From contig JBKJUS010000012.1 in the NCBI GenBank assembly GCA_046590575.1, positions 24,222 to 88,221 on the forward strand: DNA of 64,000 nt, read 5' to 3'. The DNA is from Mycobacteriales bacterium (GTDB lineage: Bacteria > Actinomycetota > Actinomycetes > BP-191). Position 1 is the first letter of the stretch, and every line of letters starts with the position of its first letter. Shown here one piece after another: positions 8,978-17,337 of this stretch. Under the pieces are notes generated by a model. The model searched no databases. It was not told where the DNA came from and saw only the letters and a list, made by a program, of their open reading frames with translations. Made by a program: the position numbers and the translations under genes.

Positions 8978-10101
8978 CAGTGCGACCCTCCGGTGCTGCT
9001 CTCGAAGCTGGCCAGGTAGTTCTGGAACGTCGCACGCTCCTCATCGATGAGCGGCGAGCCCTCGACGTAGACGTTGGCGAAGAGGTTGTCGGTCGACGGA
9101 TTGGGCATCGAGCGGCACCCCTCCCGCAGGCGCACGGCGAGCTCCTCGGCCTCGAGCTCGAGCTTGTCGAAGTAGTCCTTGTCAGCCAGCTGCTGGCGGA
9201 CCAGGAAGGCCTTCATCCGCTCCAGCGGGTCCTTGAGCTTCCACGCCTCGAGGTCGCTGGAGAGGCGGTAGCGCGTCGGGTCGTCTGATGTGGTGTGCGC
9301 CCCCATGCGGTAGGTGAACGCCTCGATCAGCGTCGGACCGCTGCCCTCTCGTGCACGATCGAGCGCGGCCCGCGTGACGGCCAAGGTCGCTAGAACGTCG
9401 TTGCCGTCGACCCGGACGCCCGGGAAGCCGAATCCACGCGCCCGCTGGTAGAGCGGAATTCGGGTCTGCCGCTCCAGCGGCTCTGAGATGGCCCACTGGT
9501 TGTTCTGGCAGAAGAAGACGATGGGCGCGTTGAAGACCGCCGACCAGATGAACGCCTCGTTCACATCACCCTGGCTCGACGCGCCGTCGCCGAAGTAGGC
9601 GATCACTGCGTCGTCGGCGCCATCCTTCTGGATGCCCATCGCGTAGCCCGTCGCGTGCAGCGTCTGCGAGCCGATGACGATGCAGTAGAGGCCGAAGTTC
9701 TTCTCGAACGGATCCCAGCCGCCGTTGCTCACTCCACGGAACAGACCAAGCAGAGTGAGCGGGTCGACACCGCGGCTGATCGCCACCCCGTGCTCGCGGT
9801 AGGTGGGGAAGGCGAAGTCGTTTGGCCTGAGCGCGCGGCCCGAGCCAACCTGGGCCGCCTCCTGGCCGAGCAGGGAAGCCCAGATGCCCAGCTCACCCTG
9901 GCGCTGTAGCGCGGTCGCCTCGACGTCGACGCGGCGGGTGAGCACGAGATCGCGGTAAAGGTCGCGGTACTCCTCGTCGGTCAACGTCAGGTCGTAGTCG
10001 GGGTGAGTGACCCGCTCGCCCTCAGGAGTCAGCAACTGGACCAGCTCAGCCGGCTCCCGTGGATTCGTTGGGTCCGACGAAGCAGGCGCGTGACCGCCCA
10101 T
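8977..10101 (-). CDS. pdhA: 2-oxoacid dehydrogenase E1 alpha subunit
   Basis: TPP-binding GDGASSQG...NNQWAIS and HTTSDDPTRYR motifs. Confidence 0.95.
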   Translation of the reverse strand: MGGHAPASSDPTNPREPAELVQLLTPEGERVTHPDYDLTLTDEEYRDLYRDLVLTRRVDVEATALQRQGELGIWASLLGQEAAQVGSGRALRPNDFAFPTYREHGVAISRGVDPLTLLGLFRGVSNGGWDPFEKNFGLYCIVIGSQTLHATGYAMGIQKDGADDAVIAYFGDGASSQGDVNEAFIWSAVFNAPIVFFCQNNQWAISEPLERQTRIPLYQRARGFGFPGVRVDGNDVLATLAVTRAALDRAREGSGPTLIEAFTYRMGAHTTSDDPTRYRLSSDLEAWKLKDPLERMKAFLVRQQLADKDYFDKLELEAEELAVRLREGCRSMPNPSTDNLFANVYVEGSPLIDEERATFQNYLASFESSTGGSH

Positions 10102-10249
10102 GGATCTCTCTCCTCGCGCCGGCGCTGCCCTCGCGGGGTCGCCGCTCTTGGGTGCTCGAACGGATCAGTGCACCCAGAGTCACCGGACGCACGGTCCACC
10201 CATTGTTGCCCATGAGCGGGCTTCTGCCCTAACCCAGGCTGACTGACCG

Positions 10250-10519
10250 CTAGAAGGAATATCCCTCGGACACGAACGTGGCGATCGCCCAGAGGGCCAC
10301 CAGAAGACCCACCACGATGCCGACCAAGATTCGGGTCCGGGACGGCAGAGGGAGATCGGCGGCGGCCTTGCGGCCGCGCGGACCAGAACCGACGGCCGGC
10401 TGGTCAGGCGGCCAGTTGCCGGCCCGACGGAGCTTGACGAGGGCCAGCGCGTTGGCCCCGAAGAGCGCCAGCCCGAAGGCGACCAGGAACTCGCACAGGA
10501 TGACAGGCAGCGGTATCAC
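10250..10519 (-). CDS. Small two-TM membrane protein of unknown function
   Basis: Two hydrophobic helices; likely GTG start at 10519. Confidence 0.6.
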   Translation of the reverse strand: MIPLPVILCEFLVAFGLALFGANALALVKLRRAGNWPPDQPAVGSGPRGRKAAADLPLPSRTRILVGIVVGLLVALWAIATFVSEGYSF

Positions 10520-10655
10520 GGCAGGAAGTCTCCCACGCCGGTCAGAGCCGGCTTTGTGGGTGTCAGGGAATTGTCTATGGGCGGGACGGGTTTTGTGAGG
10601 GAGACTCAGAACCGAAGGGTGAAATCGCGCCCTCATCGGCGTAAGGGGGTGCTCC

Positions 10656-11468
10656 ATGGAGACCGTGACAACACATCACGGCCCCACCCCCCGCACCGAC
10701 CCCGCCGAACCGAGCACGGCTCCCGGCTGGCGCTCCCGGATAACCCGTCAGCTCGTCGTGGAGATCGTCGTGCTCGGCTCGCTCTTCCTGCTCTATCGCT
10801 TTGGTCGCACGCTGAGCGGCGATCATGTCGAGGCGGCACTGCGTAATGCCGACCAGGTGTGGCTGTTCGAGCGTTCGTGGAACTTTGTCAGCGAAGTGGA
10901 TTTGCAGCGTTTCGTGCTCGGCAGCCCTGACCTCATCGTCTGGATGAACCGCTACTACATCGGCATGCACTTCCCGGTGACGATCGGCTTCCTGCTGTGG
11001 ACCTACATCTTTCATCCGCACGCCTACACCCGCACGCGTTGGCGTTTCGTCATCCCGACATTTCTCGCCCTGATCGTGCACACGCTCTACCCACTGGCCC
11101 CGCCGCGGATGCTTGAAGGTCTCGGCTTCGTCGACACGATGGCGGTCTACGGGCCATCGGCCTATGGGCCGCCTGATCCTGGCTCCGTCGCCAACCAGTT
11201 CGCCGCGATGCCATCGCTGCACTTCGGCTGGGCCGTGCTCGTCGCCTTCGGGGTCGTCACCCTGTCGGCGAGCAGATGGCGGTGGGTGGTGTTGCTGCAC
11301 CCGGTGATCACGCTGGCCGTCATCGTGCTCACGGCCAACCACTTCTGGGTCGATGCCATCGCCGTGATCGTGCTCATTGCAGCAGCCTTCGCAGTGGAGC
11401 GCATGGTCATCGTGACCAAGCCCCGGCTGCGCGGCGTACGCCGGCGTGGTGGCGCCCAGCCCGCCTGA
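10656..11468 (+). CDS. PAP2_3 (Aur1/Ipt1-like) integral membrane phosphatase/phosphotransferase
   Basis: PLAPPRM, NQFAAMPSLHFGWA and TANHFWVD motifs. Confidence 0.9.
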   Translation: METVTTHHGPTPRTDPAEPSTAPGWRSRITRQLVVEIVVLGSLFLLYRFGRTLSGDHVEAALRNADQVWLFERSWNFVSEVDLQRFVLGSPDLIVWMNRYYIGMHFPVTIGFLLWTYIFHPHAYTRTRWRFVIPTFLALIVHTLYPLAPPRMLEGLGFVDTMAVYGPSAYGPPDPGSVANQFAAMPSLHFGWAVLVAFGVVTLSASRWRWVVLLHPVITLAVIVLTANHFWVDAIAVIVLIAAAFAVERMVIVTKPRLRGVRRRGGAQPA

Positions 11469-11473
11469 TCCCG

Positions 11474-12460
11474 TCAGGCCGGGTTGCCGGTGCGGAACGT
11501 GCGCTGATACGCCTGTGGCGACGTGCCGCGCCAGCGACCGAAGTGCTGGCGCAAAGCGGCCGCCGCCCCGAACCCGCAGCGCCGCGCGACCTCCTCGACC
11601 GACAGGTCGCCCTGCTCGAGCAGTCGCTGCGCCAGCAGCATCCGCTGGTCGAGCAACCAGCGGTACGGCGTCGTACCGGTCGCAGCGACAAATCGGCGAG
11701 CGAAGGTGCGCGGCGACATCAGCACGTGTGCCGCGAGCGTCTCGACCGTGAGCGGCTCGTCCAGCCGCATCATGGCCCAGTCCAGCACCTCCGCCAGGTC
11801 GTCGTTCGACCGGGGCTCGGGCACCGGGGTCTCGACGTACTGCGCCTGGCCGCCCGCCCGATGCGGCGGCACGACCATCCGGCGCGCGACGGCGTTGGCC
11901 ACCTCGGCACCATGCACCTCCCGCACGATGTGCAGGCACAGGTCGATGCCGGCCGCGGTGCCCGCGCTGGTGTAGATCGGGTCGGCATCGACGTAGAGGA
12001 CATCGGGGTCGATCTCGGCCGCCGGGAAGAGCTCGGCGAGGGCGTCTGTGTAGCGCCAGTGGGTCGTCGCCCGGCGGCCGTCGAGCAGCCCGGCCTGGCC
12101 GAGGACGAACGCGCCGCTGCAGACGCTCATCACCCGGGCGCCACGGGCGACGGCAGACCGCAGCGCATCCAGGAGCGCCACCGGCGCCGGTTCGCGCGCG
12201 TCTCGCCAGGCAGGGACGGCGATGAGGTCGGCCGTCACGAGGCGGTCGAGGCCGTACGGCGTGACGATGTCGAAACCGGACCGGGTGCGAACCGGACCGG
12301 GCTCTACGGCACACACCGCGAAGTCGTATCCCGGCAGCCCGTCGGCGGTGCGGTCCATGCCGAACACCTCGCAGACCACGCCCAGCTCGAACGGACTCAC
12401 GTCCTGGCACACCGCGACGGCCACGTTGCGCAGTTTCCAGGAGCGGTTGGCAGGATTCAT
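11474..12460 (-). CDS. GlxA/FtrA/AdpA-type regulator (DJ-1/PfpI + AraC HTH)
   Basis: SVCSGAF, TSAGTAAGIDLCLH, GGQAQY motifs; C-terminal double HTH. Confidence 0.92.
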   Translation of the reverse strand: MNPANRSWKLRNVAVAVCQDVSPFELGVVCEVFGMDRTADGLPGYDFAVCAVEPGPVRTRSGFDIVTPYGLDRLVTADLIAVPAWRDAREPAPVALLDALRSAVARGARVMSVCSGAFVLGQAGLLDGRRATTHWRYTDALAELFPAAEIDPDVLYVDADPIYTSAGTAAGIDLCLHIVREVHGAEVANAVARRMVVPPHRAGGQAQYVETPVPEPRSNDDLAEVLDWAMMRLDEPLTVETLAAHVLMSPRTFARRFVAATGTTPYRWLLDQRMLLAQRLLEQGDLSVEEVARRCGFGAAAALRQHFGRWRGTSPQAYQRTFRTGNPA

Positions 12461-12496
12461 GCGAACAGTGTCAGCCCTGCCACTCGTCTTGGCAAG
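12448..12496. promoter_or_regulatory. Putative operator for the AraC regulator
   Basis: TGGCAGG (12448) and CCTGCCA (12476) form an inverted pair, plus TGGCAAG (12490); resembles AdpA-type TGGC boxes. Confidence 0.45.
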
Positions 12497-12518
12497 TGCT
12501 GGCGCGCACCATCAGCGC

Positions 12519-12623
12519 ATGACGATCTTCCTGGTGTTCCTGGCCCTGCTGGCTCTCGCTGAGCTCGCTCCGTGGTACGGCGCGGACACCCGCGACGACA
12601 ACAGCTGGACGAGGCACTGCTGA
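12519..12623 (+). CDS. 34-aa membrane microprotein (MTIFLVFLALLALAELAPWYGADTRDDNSWTRHC)
   Basis: Hydrophobic helix plus a GADTRD motif; TGATG overlap with the DinB gene. Confidence 0.65.
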   Translation: MTIFLVFLALLALAELAPWYGADTRDDNSWTRHC

Positions 12624-13090
12624 TGGGCCGCCCTGAGGAACGAGCGGCTCTACTCGACCGGTACGACGACGGCCCGCGGGCCGTCCGCGAGGCGCTGGCC
12701 GGAGCGACCGACGAGGCACTCGACTGTCGGGCCGACGACGGCTGGTCCGCTCGCGAGGTGGTTCACCACCTGGCCGACAGCGAGATGACCTCGGCGATCC
12801 GGCTTCGACGACTGCTCTGCGAAGACGGCCCGGTCATCGCGGCGTACGACGAGGAGGAGTTCGCCCGACGGCTGCACTACGACGTCCGACCGGTCGAGCC
12901 CTCGCTCACCGCGCTCGAGGCGGCCCGCCGTACATCGAGCGACATCCTGCGCCTTACTGATGAAACGGCCTGGGCGCGGGCCGGGACGCATAGCGAAAGC
13001 GGGCCCTACTCGGTGGACGACTGGCTCGCGGCCTACGCCGCACACGCGCACGACCACGCCGCGCAGATCCGCCGCGCCCTCGGCCGCTGA
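12623..13090 (+). CDS. DinB/YfiT-family protein
   Basis: WSAREVVHHLADSE and HAHDH metal-binding His pattern. Confidence 0.85.
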   Translation: MGRPEERAALLDRYDDGPRAVREALAGATDEALDCRADDGWSAREVVHHLADSEMTSAIRLRRLLCEDGPVIAAYDEEEFARRLHYDVRPVEPSLTALEAARRTSSDILRLTDETAWARAGTHSESGPYSVDDWLAAYAAHAHDHAAQIRRALGR

Positions 13091-13100
13091 CGCCCCAGAT

Positions 13101-13757
13101 TTAGAACAGTCGTGGCGTGGACGGCTCGATGCCGCGCAGGTCGTCGTAGTCCAGCGTCACGCACGTGATGCCGCGATCGGCAGCAAGGACCCGGGCCTGC
13201 GGGGTGAACTGTTGCGCCGCCAGCACTCCACGCACCGGCGCAAGCAGCGGGTCGAGGTTGAGCCGCTGCAGGTAGCGGGTGAGCTGCTCCACACCGTCGA
13301 TCTCGGCCCGACGCTTGATCTCGACGGCCACCCGCACGCCGGCGCCATCCCGGCAGAGCAGGTCGACCGGCCCGATGTCGGTCGGCTGCTCGCGGCGGAC
13401 CAGCGACCAGCCGTCGCCGAGGACTTCGCACCGGTCGGCGAGCAGCTCCTGCAGGTGCTTCTCGACGCCGTCCTTCTGCAGGCCGGGGTCGACGCCGAGC
13501 TCGTGGGTCGAGTCGTGCAGCACCTCTTCGATGGCGATGACTAGCTCCTCGCCGGCCTTGTTCACCACCCGCCAGACGCCATTCGATTCGGTCAACGTGC
13601 ACGGTGGGCTCATCCAGTTCAAGGGTTTATATCCGAACTCTGAGTGGATCGAGATCGACCCGTCGCCCTTGAAGATGATCAACCGGGTCGCCAGCGGCAA
13701 GTGCGTGCTAAGACGACCCTTGTAGTCGACCGAGCAGCGCGCGATGACCATCCTCAT
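13101..13757 (-). CDS. nucS: Mismatch-specific endonuclease NucS/EndoMS
   Basis: [49 protein letters not shown] motifs. Confidence 0.95.
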   Translation of the reverse strand: MRMVIARCSVDYKGRLSTHLPLATRLIIFKGDGSISIHSEFGYKPLNWMSPPCTLTESNGVWRVVNKAGEELVIAIEEVLHDSTHELGVDPGLQKDGVEKHLQELLADRCEVLGDGWSLVRREQPTDIGPVDLLCRDGAGVRVAVEIKRRAEIDGVEQLTRYLQRLNLDPLLAPVRGVLAAQQFTPQARVLAADRGITCVTLDYDDLRGIEPSTPRLF

Positions 13758-14038
13758 GCGCAAGACGGTAGGGCACCGTGGCCCGCGCCGATCGGATGGT
13801 CAGCCTTGCGGACGTTGAGCGCGTGGCACCCGGCCCTGGGTCACGCCACAGCGGTGGTCGGTGCCGCGATAGAGCCCCGGTAGGAGGTGGGGCTCCTTCT
13901 TGTGGAGCTCACCTCGGCGCCAGATCCAACGATCGCTGGACAACTACGTGCTGCATGCTTACCGTCACGCTCAGAGAGCGTCACGTAGGGTGTTGGTCGC
14001 CGGGGGGCGACGCCTGCGGCGCCTCGGAGAGCTGGCCC

Positions 14039-17000
14039 ATGCGTCGAGTGTTGAGCAGGTTCTCCGCAGCTGGAGTCGCCACCATGCTGATCGGCAGCTG
14101 GCTGGTCGTGACGCCGACTACTGCCTCGGCCGAGGCGACCATCGTCGTCGACACGACGGCGCCAGGCATCAACGAGTCAGACGGCAAGTGCTCGCTGGCC
14201 GAGGCGATCTCCTCGGCGAACTTCAATCTCAACGTGGCCATCAAGTCCAGCCCGCCGGACAGCTGGGTCACCACTGAGTGCCTGGCTGGGCACATCGGCG
14301 CGGACACCATCGTCCTGCCGGCCAGCGGGAGCTTCACCTTCAGCAGCGTCTACAGCGACCTCTACAACCCCATGGGGCCGACCGCCACGCCGATCATCTT
14401 CAGTCCCATCACGATCGTGGGCAACGGCGCGAAGCTCGAGCGCACCGGTACGACGCCGATGCGCGCCTTCGCCATCGGCTACGCCTACGTGGACGCAGAC
14501 CCCACCGCAGGTGAGGACATCGCCTACGGGACGGGTGAGCTGCTGCTGCAGAACGTGCACGTCAAGAACTTCTTCGCCGTCGGGGGCAACGGCGGGAAGA
14601 GCGCCGGCGGGGGGCTGGGAGCCGGCGGGGCCATCTACGTGCGTGACGCGACTCTCCGAGTCGAGTACAGCACGTTCGAAGGGAACCGGGCACAGGGCGG
14701 CCTCGGGGGCAGCGGCAGGAGCAGCCCCGGCGCCGGCGGCGGCGGCGGCGGCCTCGGGGGCAACGGCGGTTCCGGGACCGGGCAGGCGCACGACTTCTTC
14801 TCCTCGTCCGGGGGCGGCGGCGGCGGCGGTGCCCGCGGCGACGGTGGCAGCAGCCAGTCGACGGGCGCCTTCGGCCAGGTCCAGGGCGGGCATTTTGGCG
14901 GCGGGGGCGGTGGCACCGTGACCGACGGCGGCAGCGACAACGGGACGACCACCAGCCGCGCGGGCGGCCTGGCCTGCGGCGGTGAGGGCGGCGAGGCGTT
15001 CGAAGACGAGGACGGTGACAACGGCTGCGACGGTGGGGGCGGCGGCGGCGGCGAGCGGGTTTACGATGACCCCCTGTCCTTCGAACACGGCGCGGGCGGG
15101 AGGGGCGGCTACGGCGGCGGGGGCGGTGGGGGCGGCTATCACCTGCCGAACTCGCAGCGAGCCCCAGACATCGGGCCCGGCGGCAACGGCGGCTTCGGTG
15201 GCGGTGGTGGTGCCGGCGCGACCGGCGACGACCCGGGCCAGGGTGGCTTCGGCGCCGGCGGTGCCGGCGGCACGGACTCGCGCGGACCCGGCGGGACCTT
15301 CGGCGGCGACGGCGGCGAGACCGGGGACGGGACTGGGCCGGGTGGCGGAGGTGCCGGCCTCGGCGGCGCGATCTTCAGCGACAACGGTCGGGTGACCATC
15401 ATCAACAGCACGTTCACTGGCAACTCGGTGTCGCACGGTTTCGCCGGCACCGGCACAGGCACCGGCACAGGCAACGGCGGCGACGCCGGCGCGGCCGTCT
15501 TCGCCGTGGACGGTGACACCGCGATCAGCAGCTCGACCATCGTCGGCAACGAGAGCACGGGCTCCGGCGCGGGAGTGGTGGTCTACCGCTCGACGCGCAG
15601 TGGCTACACCGCGGGCCTCTGGATGGCGAACACCATCCTGGCCCGCAACGACGCCGGGACCGACGGCACGCAGGAGTGCTACACCCTCGGCGCCGTCACC
15701 GCATTCGGGACCGGGAACCTCTTCACCGACAACGGCAACTGCCTTGGCGAGGCCGTCGCCACGGACCCAGGGCTCGGCGGCCTGACGGTCGAGGTACCCA
15801 ACACCTCACCAGTGCTCGCCACCGGGGCGGGCAGCTCGGCGGTGGACGCCGGCGACACAACCCAGTGTGAGCCGTACGACCAGACCGGCTACGCCCGGCC
15901 GGTGGACTCCTGCGACATCGGGGCGTACGAGTACCGCGCTCCGTCCTCCGACCTGGCCGTCGTCACCAGCGCAGTCGGTACGGCGGTCGCCGGGCAGGAC
16001 GCGTCGTTCACAGTCGACGTGAGCAACGCCGGACCCACGACGGCGAGCTCACTCAGCCTGACGGACACCCTGCCGAGCGGGACGACGTACAAGTCCATGA
16101 GCGGTTCCGGCTTCAGCTGCACGGGCACCGGACCGGTCACCTGCACGAGCGGGTCGATGCCCGCCGGCGGGTCGACGCGGCTGACGTTGACGGTGACGCT
16201 GCCATCGTCCATGGCCAGCGGGACGTCACTGAAAAACGCGGTCAGCGTGTCGTCGGCGATCACTGACCCGGACACGACGGACAACGCGGCCGAGGTCACG
16301 ACGACCGTTGTCACCCGGGCTGACCTGGCGGCCACGGTCACCGGGCCGCTGGAACCGGTTGCGGGCTTGCCCGTCACCTATACGCTCGGGCTGGCGAACA
16401 ACGGACCCAGTGACTCAGTAGGGGCCACGATGACCGCCGCGGTCCCTACGGGGACGACGTTCACCTCGCTCACGGCACCCAGTGGCTGGACCTGCACCAG
16501 GCCGGCCGTCGGCAGCAATGGTCCGACCAGCGCCAGCTGCACGCAGACGATGGTCGCGACCGCGACCGCCAGCTTCACCCTCGTCGTACAGCTCCCGACG
16601 TCGGCAGCCGAGGGAGGCAACCTGTGCAGCAGCGTCGTGGCGTCGGCGACCACCACCGACCCGACCAGCAGCAACGACACGGCCCAGACGTGCGGCACCG
16701 TCGTCACCCGCGCCGACCTTCGGGTCGGCCAGACGGTCAGCACGACCGGCAGGCCGGGGAAGGGCACGGCAACCTTCGTTGTCCGGGTCACCAACGCAGG
16801 GCCGAGCGACAGCCAAGCCGTGGAACTGACTGCGTCGTCAGACCAGTTCATCGGTCCGCCGCCGTCGATGATCACCACCGCCGGCGCGACCTGCACCGTC
16901 AGCGGGTCGACGATCACCTGTACGTGGTCGGTCATCACGTCGGGTGCCGCCCCGCAGGTGACGGTCACGGTCCCGTGGCGGTCCTCGGTCGGTCAGGTCT

Positions 17001-17083
17001 GCGTGTCCACCCGCGTCACCGCCACGACGATTGACCCTGTCCCGACGAACAACACCGGCAGCACTTGCACAGCGAAGAAATAG
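14039..17083 (+). CDS. Large secreted surface protein: CSLREA-like N-terminus, Gly-rich region, choice-of-anchor-Q-like motif, three DUF11-type repeats
   Basis: Signal peptide; DGKCSLAEAI; GG-rich tract; DQTGYARP..CDIGAYE; repeated DL.V....N.GPS..A units. Confidence 0.85.
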   Translation: MRRVLSRFSAAGVATMLIGSWLVVTPTTASAEATIVVDTTAPGINESDGKCSLAEAISSANFNLNVAIKSSPPDSWVTTECLAGHIGADTIVLPASGSFTFSSVYSDLYNPMGPTATPIIFSPITIVGNGAKLERTGTTPMRAFAIGYAYVDADPTAGEDIAYGTGELLLQNVHVKNFFAVGGNGGKSAGGGLGAGGAIYVRDATLRVEYSTFEGNRAQGGLGGSGRSSPGAGGGGGGLGGNGGSGTGQAHDFFSSSGGGGGGGARGDGGSSQSTGAFGQVQGGHFGGGGGGTVTDGGSDNGTTTSRAGGLACGGEGGEAFEDEDGDNGCDGGGGGGGERVYDDPLSFEHGAGGRGGYGGGGGGGGYHLPNSQRAPDIGPGGNGGFGGGGGAGATGDDPGQGGFGAGGAGGTDSRGPGGTFGGDGGETGDGTGPGGGGAGLGGAIFSDNGRVTIINSTFTGNSVSHGFAGTGTGTGTGNGGDAGAAVFAVDGDTAISSSTIVGNESTGSGAGVVVYRSTRSGYTAGLWMANTILARNDAGTDGTQECYTLGAVTAFGTGNLFTDNGNCLGEAVATDPGLGGLTVEVPNTSPVLATGAGSSAVDAGDTTQCEPYDQTGYARPVDSCDIGAYEYRAPSSDLAVVTSAVGTAVAGQDASFTVDVSNAGPTTASSLSLTDTLPSGTTYKSMSGSGFSCTGTGPVTCTSGSMPAGGSTRLTLTVTLPSSMASGTSLKNAVSVSSAITDPDTTDNAAEVTTTVVTRADLAATVTGPLEPVAGLPVTYTLGLANNGPSDSVGATMTAAVPTGTTFTSLTAPSGWTCTRPAVGSNGPTSASCTQTMVATATASFTLVVQLPTSAAEGGNLCSSVVASATTTDPTSSNDTAQTCGTVVTRADLRVGQTVSTTGRPGKGTATFVVRVTNAGPSDSQAVELTASSDQFIGPPPSMITTAGATCTVSGSTITCTWSVITSGAAPQVTVTVPWRSSVGQVCVSTRVTATTIDPVPTNNTGSTCTAKK

Positions 17084-17120
17084 CTCCGGTTCCGACCCTA
17101 GATGCGTAGGGCAGCGTGAC

Positions 17121-17268
17121 TCAGTTGAGCGGCTTATAAGCCCGGTCATCGGCGTGCACCGCCACGGAGCCGTCGGCTTTGACCATGATCAGGCGCACTG
17201 CCGAGGGCAAAGTGAGCCGTCAGACGTCCGATGTAGTCGACGGTGCAACGAGCGATGACCAGACGCAT
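17121..17268 (-). pseudogene. nucS: Degenerate 5' fragment of a second nucS
   Basis: Translates [19 protein letters not shown]-(extra base at 17209-17211)[32 protein letters not shown]; similarity to nucS then ends. Confidence 0.9.
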
Positions 17269-17337
17269 GGCCGAGACGGCATAGCACGTGTCAGGTCACT
17301 GACAGTCATGCCGGCCGAACACCCTTATCGTCGAAGG

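Noticed and set aside
14580-15490. PE_PGRS-like glycine-rich repeats or a repeat array
   Set aside because: No PE domain; it is a low-complexity coding tract within a CSLREA-type protein, not a repeat-spacer array.
13757-17121. Autonomous integrative element or prophage at nucS
   Set aside because: No integrase, transposase or phage gene and no long identical att repeat were visible, so it is reported only as a possible relic.
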